A stretch of 36,262 nucleotides of DNA from Deltaproteobacteria bacterium RBG_13_52_11 (GCA_001797745.1 MGQF01000067.1:6412-42673), one strand, 5' to 3'. Numbered from the stretch's first letter, positions 9,116-19,416 are shown. Notes: generated by a model from the sequence alone, not told the origin. Numbers and translations are program-made.

Positions 9116-11490
9116 CGAACGAAATGGATAAAACGGACCAGACGAGAAAGAAAAGGGGAGGCTTCTCCCTTTTGCTATTATGGGGAAAAATAAGGGTGCG
9201 ACCTTTCTTGCGCATCTTCAAGAGTCCCCATGTGCAGCGATGGCTTTTGTTGATCATCGCATCTTTGTCTATTGCTGCCTTCCTATCTCAAACCTTGGAA
9301 GAAGTTCCCCCGGTCTACCGGGTAGGAGATGTGGCCACGAAAGATCTTAGGGCAGATCGCGATCTCTTGGTAAAGGACAAGAGGGCTACCGAGAAAAAGA
9401 TGGAGGATGCGGCACGTAAGGTCATCCCGGTCTATGATCATGCGTCTTCTGTCCTCCCGGAGATTGAAGGAATTATAGATTCCGCTTTCTCGGTGATGAG
9501 GAGACGTAATGCCGAGGAAACGCAGAAGAGGGAAGTGGAGCACATTCTAGGTTTTGAACTTACCCGTCAGGAATTTCAGGCTTTAAAGGCCCATCGCTTC
9601 GATGAAAAGCTAATAAATCGTGTAGAAGATCTCACTGCCCCCATAATAAAGCAAGGTATTGTGAGTGACAAGGAGCTCCTCTTGCAAGAAGAGGGGATTG
9701 TGGTGAGAGATATCCAAACTGGGGAGGAAGTGACCAGGAGGGATCTCGATTCCCTCCTTGATTACCAGGAGGCCAAAGGGGCTGTTAAAAAGACCCTTGA
9801 AGATCTTCAAGTAAAGGGTATCCCTACCGATCTCAGGGGGGTGATGGTAAAGATCATCAATAATCTCATCTCTCCCAATCTCATCTTCAATAGGCAGGAG
9901 ACCAATAGAAGGAGGGAGGTGGAGCGCACGCTGGTAAAACCTGTCTTCTTCCCGATTGAGAAGGGAGAAATCCTGCTAAGAAGAGGGGAAAGGGTGACAG
10001 AGGAGAATTTCCTCAAACTTGAAGCCCTCCGTGAAGAGCGGAGCAAGGGTGGAACCTTGGTAATGGTCGTAGGGTTTGTCTTGTTAACAGGTTTTTTTGT
10101 TGCTTCTTTTTACCTCTTTTCCACGAAGAACATCAGGAAGGTGTCACCCACCAACAAAGACATACTCTTCTTTATACTCGTATTGATCTCCTCTTTGGGC
10201 ATGGTGAGAATTTCGGTCGTCGTCGCCGAGGGTCTCGCCGGTGCCTTTCCAGGGGTTCCCCTCAGTTCTTATTACTACTTTTTTCCCGTGGCTGCCGGAG
10301 CTATGCTGATCAGGATAGTCCTTAATTCCGAAGTAGCCTTGGTCTATTCCATCTTTACTAGCTTCTTCACAGGCCTTCTCTTTGGGGAGGGGATCTTTCT
10401 CCCTATCATTTATCTCATCGGAAGTATTGTAGGAGCCCACAGCGTAGCCCGTTGCGATCAGAGATCCCAGCTGATTAAGGGTGGTCTTCTTGTAGGATTG
10501 ACCAACCTCCTGCTCATCTCCTTTCAGGGGATGAGCACTGCGAGCCTCTTTGCGGTGGATATCATGTTTGGCCTCTTGATGGGATTGGCAGGGGGGATTG
10601 TTGCCGGGTTCATCGTAATGGGGATAACGCCGGTAGTGGAATCGATATTCGGTTATACGACGGACATCAAGCTCTTAGAGTTGGCCAATTTGGATCAACC
10701 GATCTTGAAGGATGTGCTCATGAAGGCCCCGGGGACCTATCATCACAGTATGATCGTCGGAAACCTGGCTGAGACAGGGGCCAGAGCCATCACCGTCAAT
10801 CCGCTGCTCGCGAGGGTGAGCGCCTACTACCATGATATTGGTAAAACCAAAAAACCTCAATACTTCATCGAGAACCAGATGACGGGAAACAACCGACACG
10901 ACAAGCTCACCCCGAGTATGAGTAGTTTAATCCTCGTTTCCCACGTGAAGGATGGAATAGAGCTGGCAAAAGGGAACAAGTTGGGTAACAAGATCATCAA
11001 CATTATCAAACAGCACCACGGGACGAGGCTCATCAACTTTTTCTATCAAAAGGCAAAAGAGCAAGAAGATCCAGAGGTTCAGGAAGTAGACGAGAGGGAC
11101 TTCAGGTATTTCGGCCCTAAGCCACAAACCAAAGAGGCGGGGCTCGTGATGTTGGCCGATGCCGTTGAGGCCGCCTCGCGCACCCTGGATGATCCCACCC
11201 CTGCCCGCATCCAAGGGTTGGTCCAAAAGATCATTAACGATATCTTCATCGATGGGCAACTCGATGAGTGTGAGTTGACCTTAAAAGATCTCAACGCGAT
11301 TGCCAAGAGTTTTAACATCGTCCTTAATGCCATCCATCACCAACGCATAGAATATCCAGAGTCTCAACCAGAAGGGGAGCGACAGACGAATGGAGGTAGT
11401 GGTCCAAAGTCGGCAAAAGAGGCAAAGGGTAAGGCCGGGAAAAGCAAAGAAAATGGCCGAAGGGATATTAAACGACTTGGGGTATCATGA
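9112..11490 (+). CDS. pgpH: 7TM-receptor / HD-domain phosphohydrolase (PgpH/YqfF-like, a candidate c-di-AMP phosphodiesterase)
   Basis: N-terminal extracytoplasmic domain, a block of seven hydrophobic helices (aa ~320-520), then an HD domain ([11 protein letters not shown] ... YHDIGK ... KQHHG). GTG at 9112 overlaps the phoH stop. Alternative start: ATG at 9124. Confidence 0.85.
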   Translation: MTNEMDKTDQTRKKRGGFSLLLLWGKIRVRPFLRIFKSPHVQRWLLLIIASLSIAAFLSQTLEEVPPVYRVGDVATKDLRADRDLLVKDKRATEKKMEDAARKVIPVYDHASSVLPEIEGIIDSAFSVMRRRNAEETQKREVEHILGFELTRQEFQALKAHRFDEKLINRVEDLTAPIIKQGIVSDKELLLQEEGIVVRDIQTGEEVTRRDLDSLLDYQEAKGAVKKTLEDLQVKGIPTDLRGVMVKIINNLISPNLIFNRQETNRRREVERTLVKPVFFPIEKGEILLRRGERVTEENFLKLEALREERSKGGTLVMVVGFVLLTGFFVASFYLFSTKNIRKVSPTNKDILFFILVLISSLGMVRISVVVAEGLAGAFPGVPLSSYYYFFPVAAGAMLIRIVLNSEVALVYSIFTSFFTGLLFGEGIFLPIIYLIGSIVGAHSVARCDQRSQLIKGGLLVGLTNLLLISFQGMSTASLFAVDIMFGLLMGLAGGIVAGFIVMGITPVVESIFGYTTDIKLLELANLDQPILKDVLMKAPGTYHHSMIVGNLAETGARAITVNPLLARVSAYYHDIGKTKKPQYFIENQMTGNNRHDKLTPSMSSLILVSHVKDGIELAKGNKLGNKIINIIKQHHGTRLINFFYQKAKEQEDPEVQEVDERDFRYFGPKPQTKEAGLVMLADAVEAASRTLDDPTPARIQGLVQKIINDIFIDGQLDECELTLKDLNAIAKSFNIVLNAIHHQRIEYPESQPEGERQTNGGSGPKSAKEAKGKAGKSKENGRRDIKRLGVS

Positions 11491-11851
11491 GTGTGAACTG
11501 AGCATCCTCCTGGTCGACGATGATGAGATGACTCAACTCAATCGCGAATACCTCTCCCGAGATCACCCAACTAATGTCCTCGCCTTCGCCATGAGGGAAG
11601 GAGAAGATAAGGATCTACACCCTGCTCTCTTAGGCGATGTGGTCGTATCGACGGAGACGGCCCAGCGGGAGGCCCTTCAGAGGGGCGTGACCTTAGAGGA
11701 GGAAATGGCCCTGCTCATCACCCATGGGATCCTCCACCTCCTGGGCTATGATCATGAAGGTGCTCCTGAAGAGGCTGTCAAGATGGAGGCCAAGGAACAG
11801 GAGATCCTGGCTCGTTTAGGCTTGACAGAGAATAAGCTTGCAGGGGAATAA
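11390..11851 (+). CDS. ybeY: Endoribonuclease YbeY (rRNA maturation factor)
   Basis: HGILHLLGYDH zinc motif and PTNVLAF. The N-terminus [12 protein letters not shown]...ILNDLGY...ELSILLVDDDEM matches the usual YbeY N-terminus, so the early ATG looks real. GGGGAG lies 10 nt upstream. Confidence 0.9.
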   Translation: MEVVVQSRQKRQRVRPGKAKKMAEGILNDLGYHECELSILLVDDDEMTQLNREYLSRDHPTNVLAFAMREGEDKDLHPALLGDVVVSTETAQREALQRGVTLEEEMALLITHGILHLLGYDHEGAPEEAVKMEAKEQEILARLGLTENKLAGE

Positions 11852-11986
11852 TCCTTCACTGTGTTATTGAATACTGATTACCGACACGTACGATACGTGC
11901 GAGAGGGGGGCAATGACAAGCTACCAAGAGCTACCATTATAATATAAAACTAAATCTCCCCTGCATTTTCATCATGTCTCAACTCG

Positions 11987-13528
11987 TTATGACCCTTCGA
12001 GCCCGCGAAAACCCTGGCAGTAGAATATGGAATAGCCATTCACAAGTTCGTTTCCCGCGTAGATCTTTACTGTTTTTATCTCTTCTACCCGATCAAAAGC
12101 GCTGGCAAAGCTATCAGGCGGGCGGCGATCCAGCTTGGTGATATAGAGGGCGTTAAAACCGATCTTGTCCTCAAACCCTTCCCATAGGTCATACTGGCTT
12201 TCAATGCGGCCGGACAGATTCAAGGTGTATACCGTGGGGTGCCCATCTACATAGAAGGCAAGTTCGCTGACATAATCTCTCCTATAGCTGATAATAAAGA
12301 TATGTTCTCTCCCCACGTCATTGAGGAGCTTGGTAACCTCCACCCCAAGTTCTCGCCATCCCGTCAATCTATTTGTGGGGAATTTTGCGGCCGGGATATT
12401 AATCCCAAGACCTACTGCCAGGCCCCTCATCGCATCCATGGTAAAAAGCAAAGAACAGGTAGCTATACCCACGAGCAACGCCATGGCCAAAACCCGTTTC
12501 TTCACCTTTGTTCGCCATTGCCCTTCCCACACTACCGCAACAGCCAAGATAAAGGCTGTAAAATAGGCCGGGGCAGCCCAATTCACATAACAGACTGAAA
12601 AGAGACTCAAGATAAGGAAGAAACCCAAGAGAGGCATGGAGTGCCAAAAGAGAAAGAGCAAACGATCATCATGATGGTAGAACCCCTGTTTACCTCCCCG
12701 CCACAGGCCATAGAATACGAGGAGAAAGGTGATGGGTGAGAGGATACCGGCTTGAGGTCCGAAAAACCAGATGAAGGTTGTGAGGCTACTCAGGTTTCTA
12801 TCATCCACCAGTCCGGCGGGTTGTTTAATGGAGGGCCAGTGGTTGACATAATTCCAATAGAGGTTGGGGGATAAGATGAGGAGGCCGATAAGTATGAAGA
12901 GGTATGGCTCCTTTTTTCTCAACCAAAATCTCTTTGTGGGAGAGAAAGCGAGATAGAAGAAGAGAGAGGGTATCAAGGCAACTATGGTATACTTGCTGAG
13001 GAGTCCCAGCCCTAAGCTGACTCCGGCCATATACCAGTATCTTTTCTCCTCCCCTGACAAGGCGCGATGCAGCAGAAAGATCGTGAGCCCCCAGAAGAAT
13101 ATGAGGGGAGGGTCGATGGTCATGATGACGGAGCCCACGGCGAGGCCCGGAGCGGCATTTGCGATGGCAAAGGCCCACCATCCCACCTTTGAGTTGAAAA
13201 GTGCTTTGCCAAGGTAAAAAAGGCAGACGCTGCTTCCCAGAGAAAACAGGACTGCCCCCACGCGGACGAAAAAAGGATGGTCTCCCCCGAGACGAGTGAA
13301 GAGAGCGATTACCCACGCCACCAGGGGGGGTTTGCTGTAATAACCTAACGCGAGGTTTCGGGACCAATCCCAGTAATAGGCCTCGTCAGGGGCGAGATCA
13401 AAAGGGGTGAGCCAGATATAGAGGAGGTGGAAGAGGAAAAGTCCCAAAGCCAGGACCCAAAAGAGCCGCTCATATCCTTTTTGAGTCATGATTGTCTTTC
13501 GGCCTTCAGTCTTCACATGTTCTTTCAT
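11987..13528 (-). CDS. ArnT/PMT-like GT-C glycosyltransferase (GT39/GT83 type) that uses a polyprenyl-phosphate sugar donor
   Basis: First-loop APDEAYYWDWSRNLALGYYSKPPLVAW motif, about 11 TM helices, and a C-terminal soluble domain. Alternative start at 13489. Confidence 0.8.
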   Translation of the reverse strand: MKEHVKTEGRKTIMTQKGYERLFWVLALGLFLFHLLYIWLTPFDLAPDEAYYWDWSRNLALGYYSKPPLVAWVIALFTRLGGDHPFFVRVGAVLFSLGSSVCLFYLGKALFNSKVGWWAFAIANAAPGLAVGSVIMTIDPPLIFFWGLTIFLLHRALSGEEKRYWYMAGVSLGLGLLSKYTIVALIPSLFFYLAFSPTKRFWLRKKEPYLFILIGLLILSPNLYWNYVNHWPSIKQPAGLVDDRNLSSLTTFIWFFGPQAGILSPITFLLVFYGLWRGGKQGFYHHDDRLLFLFWHSMPLLGFFLILSLFSVCYVNWAAPAYFTAFILAVAVVWEGQWRTKVKKRVLAMALLVGIATCSLLFTMDAMRGLAVGLGINIPAAKFPTNRLTGWRELGVEVTKLLNDVGREHIFIISYRRDYVSELAFYVDGHPTVYTLNLSGRIESQYDLWEGFEDKIGFNALYITKLDRRPPDSFASAFDRVEEIKTVKIYAGNELVNGYSIFYCQGFRGLEGS

Positions 13529-13642
13529 ATCTGCAGATCAACGGCAGGTTCCGTATGCCCTTCTTTTTTGAGACGGCCCATGGGGGCAGAAGCCTCTTGA
13601 CGGAACAGTTTTTCCCACCAAAGTCGACGATCAACCATGCGT

Positions 13643-14371
13643 TTACCTGATGGTCTCTTCTATCTCATACTTGAGATTGCGTTTCTTCATCCAACGGACG
13701 GCCAAGAGATCCGCAAAGGCCCTTACCATTCTATTGGTGACATTGTACTTTGTCGTCCCGAACTTGCGGGGTCGGTGATTCACCTTGACTTGCGTTACCG
13801 TGAAGCCCTCCATCTTTGCGAGGGTGGGGAGGAACCGGTGCATGCCGTTGAAGAGCTTCATGTCTTGCAGGCACTCACTCCTAAACGCCTTCAAGGAGCA
13901 GCCGGTATCGACGATTTCCTCGTCGCTCAGTTTATTCCTGACGAAGTTGGCTATTTTAGAAGAAACGATCTTGATCCACGGATCCCTTCTTTTATGTCTC
14001 CATCCGCAGACCACATCGAACTCCCCTATCTTTTCCAAAAGGTGCGGTATATCATGAGGGTCATTCTGGAGGTCGGCATCCATGGTCACCACAATATCAC
14101 CTTGGGAGGCCCTAAAACCGGCGTCGAAGGCCGCTGTCTGGCCTGTGTTCTTTCTAAAGCGGATTACCCGTATTTGCGGATCCTGCGAAGCGGCCTCCTT
14201 CAAAATCGCAAAGCTCCGATCCCAACTACCATCATCCACGAAGATGATCTCATAGGACTTGTTTACTCCATGTAATGCTTCCCGCAATTCCGTGACAAGG
14301 GGCTTGAGATTGTCTTCTTCATTGTAGACCGGAATCACAATGGAGATATCTCGTTTCGACATATTTCTCAT
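13643..14371 (-). CDS. Family 2 glycosyltransferase, ArnC/DPM1-like polyprenyl-phosphate sugar synthase (no C-terminal TM)
   Basis: ISIVIPVYNEEDNL, IIFVDDGSWD, TMDADLQNDP, and a CSLKAFR...GMHRFLP core. Confidence 0.85.
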   Translation of the reverse strand: MRNMSKRDISIVIPVYNEEDNLKPLVTELREALHGVNKSYEIIFVDDGSWDRSFAILKEAASQDPQIRVIRFRKNTGQTAAFDAGFRASQGDIVVTMDADLQNDPHDIPHLLEKIGEFDVVCGWRHKRRDPWIKIVSSKIANFVRNKLSDEEIVDTGCSLKAFRSECLQDMKLFNGMHRFLPTLAKMEGFTVTQVKVNHRPRKFGTTKYNVTNRMVRAFADLLAVRWMKKRNLKYEIEETIR

Positions 14372-14450
14372 ATAAGCTGACTCCCGTTAGTATTTCAAGA
14401 GAAATAGCATTATAGACCTATCCCTATTTTTTTCAATTGAGAAAAAGCGA

Positions 14451-15419
14451 TCAGAGGACGAGAAAATAGAGAAAGGATTGTCCCAGCACCACGGTGAGGA
14501 GGGGAATGAGGAAGGGCCGCCTTACCCGCAAGTCATATTTTATATCCCCTTTTAACTCAAGCCACCAATCATTATCCACCTTGACTACTGAGTCTTTTAG
14601 CCCTTGCCCGTTCACAGCAATTTGTATGTAACCGTAAGAGGGGTTAGAACACCGCGTCCTTCCTCCTGCCGAAGGGCAGCCTATGTAGGTAACTCCATTG
14701 ATGACCTTCCTGAAATAGCAATGAATATGACCACAGAAGACATAGTCGACCCCATATTTCTCCATCAATGCCATGAATTTCTCGCCGTCGCTTTTTGGAA
14801 GGCAATAGTTCTGACCCTCTCGGGGGTCGAAAGGGGGGACGTGCATGGAGACGAAGACATGGGTAAATTTTTTGCCAACCATCTGCAGGGTGTCTTGTAA
14901 CCAAAGAAAATCCCCGTTTGTTAGCCTCGAATTGGAGTCGTTGACAACCACGAAGGCGGCATCTCCCCACGAAAACCAGTAGTGATCACGGCCGCAATAC
15001 CTCCAGAAGTTCTCCAGGCTATATTCGGCGTTATAGCCGTAGTCATATACATCATGGTTTCCGGGGACGAAATAGAGGGGGGTCTTTCCCCTCACCTCTG
15101 CCAGTTCCCTGAAGAAAAAAAGATATCTATCCTCTTTGTTCTGAGCGACGATGTCGCCTCCGATGATGGCAAAGGAATACCCGTCCCTCGCTATCTCCTT
15201 CATAATGGGCTTGAATACTCCCCATCCCTTATGGAGATCGGCAAGGACTGCGAATTGAAAGGGGGCAGAGGTGCCTTCGTCTTCCCTTTGCAGGGTTGGC
15301 CCATAGAGGGGAGAAGGCCCTTCTCCCCTCAAAAGGCCTATAAATAAGAGGGAGAGCGCCGCTAAGAGGGCAAATCCCCTTATGTAATCGCGTCCTCTTA
15401 ATTTCTTTATCATAATCAC
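14451..15419 (-). CDS. Membrane-anchored metallophosphoesterase (calcineurin-like) with TM helices at both ends
   Basis: Motifs LADLH, GGDIV, GNHD, MHVPP and CGHIH. The basic N-terminus followed by a TM helix, plus a C-terminal TM, predicts an extracytoplasmic catalytic domain. Confidence 0.8.
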   Translation of the reverse strand: MIMIKKLRGRDYIRGFALLAALSLLFIGLLRGEGPSPLYGPTLQREDEGTSAPFQFAVLADLHKGWGVFKPIMKEIARDGYSFAIIGGDIVAQNKEDRYLFFFRELAEVRGKTPLYFVPGNHDVYDYGYNAEYSLENFWRYCGRDHYWFSWGDAAFVVVNDSNSRLTNGDFLWLQDTLQMVGKKFTHVFVSMHVPPFDPREGQNYCLPKSDGEKFMALMEKYGVDYVFCGHIHCYFRKVINGVTYIGCPSAGGRTRCSNPSYGYIQIAVNGQGLKDSVVKVDNDWWLELKGDIKYDLRVRRPFLIPLLTVVLGQSFLYFLVL

Positions 15420-15425
15420 CTACTC
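15348..15425 (-). repeat. Copy A of a 78-nt duplicated 5-prime segment (ribosome-binding region plus the first ~24 codons)
   Basis: Ungapped hand alignment with 16291-16368 gives 59/78 identical. This includes a 16/16 block, TCATAATCACCTACTC. Confidence 0.65.
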
Positions 15426-15708
15426 CATGCGGGCCTAGCCAATGCACTGAGCGTTATAGGATTTTTGGGGAAACCGCATAATAAATCCTTATGATTTTTT
15501 ATGGACTGCCCATCACGTAAGATCTGAGGGGCTCAGAAGCTGTATTACGCATATGCAACCCCGTGAGTAGAAACGATCGCTCTTTCTTCTTCTTGTCTTA
15601 ACGGCGGTTCATAAGCCCAAAAAAAATAGCACGGGGTATATGAACAACAAATACGTATTGTTCGACAGCAGGTAGAGGCTGGAATCCATCAAGTAGTTGG
15701 CCCTATTA

Positions 15709-16362
15709 TTAATAATGTAGTGCCGGATTCCAATTCTGGAAAAAGCGGTCCATTGCAGATGTTTTGCCTATAGGAAAATGACCATACAAAAGGGATAGTT
15801 GTTTTCGGGCCTCTGATTTTGGTTCTTTATCAACGATAACCTTCCACATCGCCGCAACGAGCCCCGATCTATCAGAGCCTCCTTTGCAATGTATCAAGAC
15901 GGGACGGGGGGCGTTTTTAAAAATTGCCGCGAGTTCCCGGACATCTTCTTCAGTAGGCTCATGGGTTGCAGACAAGGAAACATCGTAGTGTTTTATATTG
16001 TGCTCCGCGCTGACCTGCATTTCTTCCCTGTACCAGGGTGTACGCGGGTGCTCACCAAGGAGATTCACTATACTTTTGATTTTATGCTTTTTGACGTAGT
16101 ATTCCAGTTTGTCCCTGTCGAGCATGGCAGACCTATAGGCCTCTCCGCGTGTAATCGGATGAAAATTACCCTGCACCTGCATGTACAAACCAAAGTAGCT
16201 TGCCGGTAAGAGAAGTAATAAAGCTAGTGCTGCAATAGAAATTTGAAGTCTACGGGAAAAAACTAATTTCATGTTTCGTAAGCTCCTCCTGAGGGAAGCC
16301 GCCGCTGAGAGGGATAATCCTCTTATAAAAGCAAACCCTGCGAATTTCCTTGTCATAATCAC
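15709..16362 (-). CDS. Membrane-anchored CX5R phosphatase (tyrosine/dual-specificity phosphatase-like fold)
   Basis: HCKGGSDRSG active-site signature and a preceding hydrophobic anchor. Alternative start: ATG at 16272 (MKLVFSRR...), with AGGAGGAG 10 nt upstream. Confidence 0.7.
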   Translation of the reverse strand: MIMTRKFAGFAFIRGLSLSAAASLRRSLRNMKLVFSRRLQISIAALALLLLLPASYFGLYMQVQGNFHPITRGEAYRSAMLDRDKLEYYVKKHKIKSIVNLLGEHPRTPWYREEMQVSAEHNIKHYDVSLSATHEPTEEDVRELAAIFKNAPRPVLIHCKGGSDRSGLVAAMWKVIVDKEPKSEARKQLSLLYGHFPIGKTSAMDRFFQNWNPALHY

Positions 16363-16368
16363 CTACTC
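16291..16368 (-). repeat. Copy B of the 78-nt duplicated 5-prime segment
   Basis: See copy A. The encoded peptides are MIMTRKFAGFAFIRGLSLSAAASL here and MIMIKKLRGRDYIRGFALLAALSL in copy A. Confidence 0.65.
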
Positions 16369-16422
16369 TTTTTGTTGCCGTTGGAAGCTTGGATGAAATT
16401 CCCCCTCTGACATGTACCCTTC

Positions 16423-18033
16423 TTACGGTGCTTGACGATTGCTGATCACAACCAAGCGTTTGTGCCCCGCCTGCCCAGTGGCGACCACGGAGAGAGAAAT
16501 GGTGGGGTCTTCTGCCAGCCGTTTATAATCCCTCTCTCGCATGATACAGAGGACCCGTTGGGGCGAGTGGAAGAATTCCTTGAGCTTCCCTTCTTCTTCA
16601 AGCCACCTCATCTGGTTGTAGCCCGTATAGTATATAAGATTCGTTCCCTCCATCTGATATAATCCGAGTTGGTCGCCTGGCCTCATCGCGCTGACGATGG
16701 CCTGAGAAAGGGGACGGGCGGATTTATACCTGTCGATCTCCGGAACGATGCGTGTCGCTCCATAGAGGCTCAGGGCAAAGACCGTGGCGACGATGATGTA
16801 AAAAGGGAGATCGCGGCGGCGATAGTGATGGGCGAGAAAGGCGAGGAAAGCGCCTCCACCCAAGATGAGGGCGGAGATCAAGCCGATCTCCCAGGGGTGC
16901 TCCAGATAGAAGCTCCCCTTTAAGGCCGTCACGATGGGGAGGCTGATGGCCGTCAGGGCCAAGGCGATGATCAGGATATAGAGGGGAAGGGAGCAGATGC
17001 GCTTTTTGGCCCCTTCTGCGCCGAGGGGGAGTTCCGCCAGCAGATTGCCCACCATCAGGGAGACTGCCGGGTAGAGGGGTAAAAGGTAGAGCTCCCGTTT
17101 GGCCTTGAAAAGGCTGAAGGAGACGAAGATGACCACAAACCAGAAGAAGGCGAAGATAAACTCCTTCTTTCTTCCCTTGGCAGAGAGGCCGTAGATCATG
17201 GCCGAAGGGAGGAAGATGATCCAGGGGATGAAGTTGGCGGGAAAGTTCGCCAGGTAGTAGTACAGGGGTTCTCGATGGGAGGTCGTTTCAAAAAGTCTCG
17301 AAGCGGTCTTTTGATAGAGGAGCCCCCTCAGATAGTCTTCCCCACCGGCGAGATACGCGAGGGCAAGCCATCCCCCGATCAAGGCTACAAAGAGGGCAAT
17401 CCCCGGGATGTGGGCGGGGTCTTTAAAGAATCTTCCCTCCCGTTGCAGGAGGAAGTATCCACCCACCACCAAGAGGGGCACGATTACAGCGACCTGTAAT
17501 TTAGCGAGCACCCCCAGGGTCATGGCACCATAGGCCAGCAAGTAAAGGATCCACTTCCCTCTCTGCCGATAGAAACCCACGTACAAGAGGGTGATGGCCG
17601 CTGTGGTGAAGAAGGTGAGGGTGGCATCTATGTTGGCCCTGCGGGCGAGCCAAAGGAATTCCACATTGGTAGCTAAGATCAGGGCTGCCAGGAAGCCCAC
17701 CTTTTCACTGAAGAGTCTCTTGCCCAGGAGGAAAAGGAGCGGGAGGGTGAGCAATCCGAAGAGGGCAGAGGGGAAGCGTGCCGCAAACTCATTCATGCCC
17801 CCTATGGCCGTGGCGGTGAAGGCGATGAGCCAGAAGAAAAGGGGTGGTTTGTCGGGATAGACCTCACTGTTCAAATGGGGGATGATCCACCCCTCACCCT
17901 GCAGCATCTCCCTGGCGACCTGGGCATACCGCGGTTCATCTGGGTTCCAGAGATCCCACCCCCCCAAATTGTAGAAAAAGAGTATGCCCCCAAAGGCAAC
18001 CAATACGATGACATAAAGAATCTGTTTCTTCAT
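16423..18033 (-). CDS. ArnT/PMT-like GT-C glycosyltransferase (GT39/GT83 type), second paralogue
   Basis: NPDEPRYAQVAREML...PDKPPLFFWL first-loop motif and a polytopic body. I prefer the ATG at 18033 (GGAGG 9 nt upstream) over the GTG at 18051 given in the ORF track. Confidence 0.8.
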   Translation of the reverse strand: MKKQILYVIVLVAFGGILFFYNLGGWDLWNPDEPRYAQVAREMLQGEGWIIPHLNSEVYPDKPPLFFWLIAFTATAIGGMNEFAARFPSALFGLLTLPLLFLLGKRLFSEKVGFLAALILATNVEFLWLARRANIDATLTFFTTAAITLLYVGFYRQRGKWILYLLAYGAMTLGVLAKLQVAVIVPLLVVGGYFLLQREGRFFKDPAHIPGIALFVALIGGWLALAYLAGGEDYLRGLLYQKTASRLFETTSHREPLYYYLANFPANFIPWIIFLPSAMIYGLSAKGRKKEFIFAFFWFVVIFVSFSLFKAKRELYLLPLYPAVSLMVGNLLAELPLGAEGAKKRICSLPLYILIIALALTAISLPIVTALKGSFYLEHPWEIGLISALILGGGAFLAFLAHHYRRRDLPFYIIVATVFALSLYGATRIVPEIDRYKSARPLSQAIVSAMRPGDQLGLYQMEGTNLIYYTGYNQMRWLEEEGKLKEFFHSPQRVLCIMRERDYKRLAEDPTISLSVVATGQAGHKRLVVISNRQAP

Positions 18034-18209
18034 TGGCAAATACCTCCACACATGAAGAGAAAGATATCTCTCACTACATTTTTACCGGCCATCAGCTCGC
18101 ATCTTGAGGTATAGGGGGACTATCAAGAAACTCAAAATCTCCATAACAATCACTCTGTGATACAAACAAGCCGATACGATCGCATTGGTTATCCCATACA
18201 TAGCATACA

Positions 18210-18290
18210 ATTGTAGAAACTCCAAGATTAATTAAGGATGAAGATAAGATGAAGATTTCTTCATGTTGGAGTTGGGAAATGGGGGAAATT
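18210..18290 (-). promoter_or_regulatory. Promoter element P1: TACAAT -10, conserved AATTAATCT block, and a 7-2-7 inverted repeat ATGAAGA-TT-TCTTCAT
   Basis: Paralogous to 19552-19630, with a 22/22 identical core at 18249-18270. An extra direct ATGAAGAT copy sits 11 nt away at 18238-18245. The element lies ~175 nt upstream of the GT39 start. Confidence 0.45.
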
Positions 18291-18369
18291 GTGCATAAGG
18301 GCGTTCAAGATGACGCCATGCGTTTCTTCTTGTTTGGGAACGATGAAGGTGCTTAGCAATCAGGTACCT

Positions 18370-19416
18370 CTATCGCGATTGACGGCGCCTCAGGAGTCTA
18401 CGAAGTACCAAAGTACAGCAACAAACAATTATCAGATTCAGTGTTATTGTCGCCCACACATTCTTACTCATCCATGAATATACATCTGCTATGGCCCAAC
18501 GTTCCAGTATGTCTTCAAATTCCTCGGCCCTCTTGGTAAAAAGTATTCGTTCTGAGACAGCCTGCGGGCCTACCGTGATCAGCACCACATGATGAAAGGC
18601 GCCTGGCTTTTCCTTTTCGAGATGGCCTCCCCCGCCACCGGTCACAAGATATACGGTGTCTCTGTGTTGTACCCTGGCATACCCGTGGTAGTCACCCGCA
18701 ATGATATAATCTACCTTGAATTTGTCACATAGGGCGATAAACTTATCGGGGTTCTCAAATTTTCTCGCTACAAAATCCGCCGAGACAGGAGGAGGGATGT
18801 GCATAAAGACAAAGACCTTTTTGTAGTCGCGCCTGCGGGCGGAGAGAATGGATTCCAAAAAGGCAAGGCTTTCCTCCGTGGAGTAGCGAGGCTTATCTAA
18901 TATGCGGAGCACGATAAACAGACACCCCTGATAATCAAAAGAAAAATTCGTTGGCCCGTACATCTCCTCGAAACGGCTAATGGGGAATTCATCTTTGCTT
19001 ACGTCGTGATTCCCAACGACATAAAATGTAGGACAGGGCATTCGCAGCTCTTCGGCTAGCTCTGCCCGAAGGTATTGATGAAAGCCTGGGCGCCCATTGC
19101 GGACACAATCACCAAGAAGCACCAGGAAAGAAATAGGTTCCTCCTTTAATAACCCAGCAAGTTTTTCAAAGGTGCCAGTTCCCTGTGTGTCTCCGGCAAC
19201 GGCAAAGGAAAATGCTTTGCGTTGTCCATTGTCTGCTAAAAGTGCCCTGACTCGCTCGAAGTTTCCAAACGTTGCTGGCAGGGCTGCATTACCCTCAGTA
19301 TAAACTGTGATTAATGTATAACCCTCAACAACAAGCACGAGGATGAGCATCAAAAGAAGTAGTAAATGAACCCCCTTCAGGGAAACCTTCCAAATTTTCG
19401 TTGAATTATAGTGCAT
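18370..19416 (-). CDS. Membrane-anchored metallophosphoesterase (purple-acid-phosphatase-like motif set) with TM helices at both ends
   Basis: GDTQG, LLGDCV, GNHD, FMHIPP and GDYHGY motifs. N-terminal anchor LLLLLMLILVLVV. C-terminal TM followed by RRLLRRRQSR. I prefer the ATG at 19416 (GAGAGG upstream) over the TTG at 19464. Confidence 0.8.
   Translation of the reverse strand: MHYNSTKIWKVSLKGVHLLLLLMLILVLVVEGYTLITVYTEGNAALPATFGNFERVRALLADNGQRKAFSFAVAGDTQGTGTFEKLAGLLKEEPISFLVLLGDCVRNGRPGFHQYLRAELAEELRMPCPTFYVVGNHDVSKDEFPISRFEEMYGPTNFSFDYQGCLFIVLRILDKPRYSTEESLAFLESILSARRRDYKKVFVFMHIPPPVSADFVARKFENPDKFIALCDKFKVDYIIAGDYHGYARVQHRDTVYLVTGGGGGHLEKEKPGAFHHVVLITVGPQAVSERILFTKRAEEFEDILERWAIADVYSWMSKNVWATITLNLIIVCCCTLVLRRLLRRRQSR

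Noticed and set aside
13637-14275. 212-aa plus-strand ORF opposite the ArnC-like GT2 gene
   Set aside because: It lies entirely antisense to a CDS with unmistakable GT2 motifs. It has no recognisable motifs or ribosome-binding site of its own. This is a typical shadow ORF.
18225-18356. Mini-ORFs starting inside the conserved palindrome of P1 and P2. Plus strand: MKISSCW... Minus strand: MKKSSSYLHP (P1) and MKKSSFSFNVQLISESL (P2).
   Set aside because: There is no convincing Shine-Dalgarno sequence. The two copies share only the codons that make up the palindrome and diverge immediately afterwards. The conservation therefore looks like a DNA-level signal rather than a peptide.
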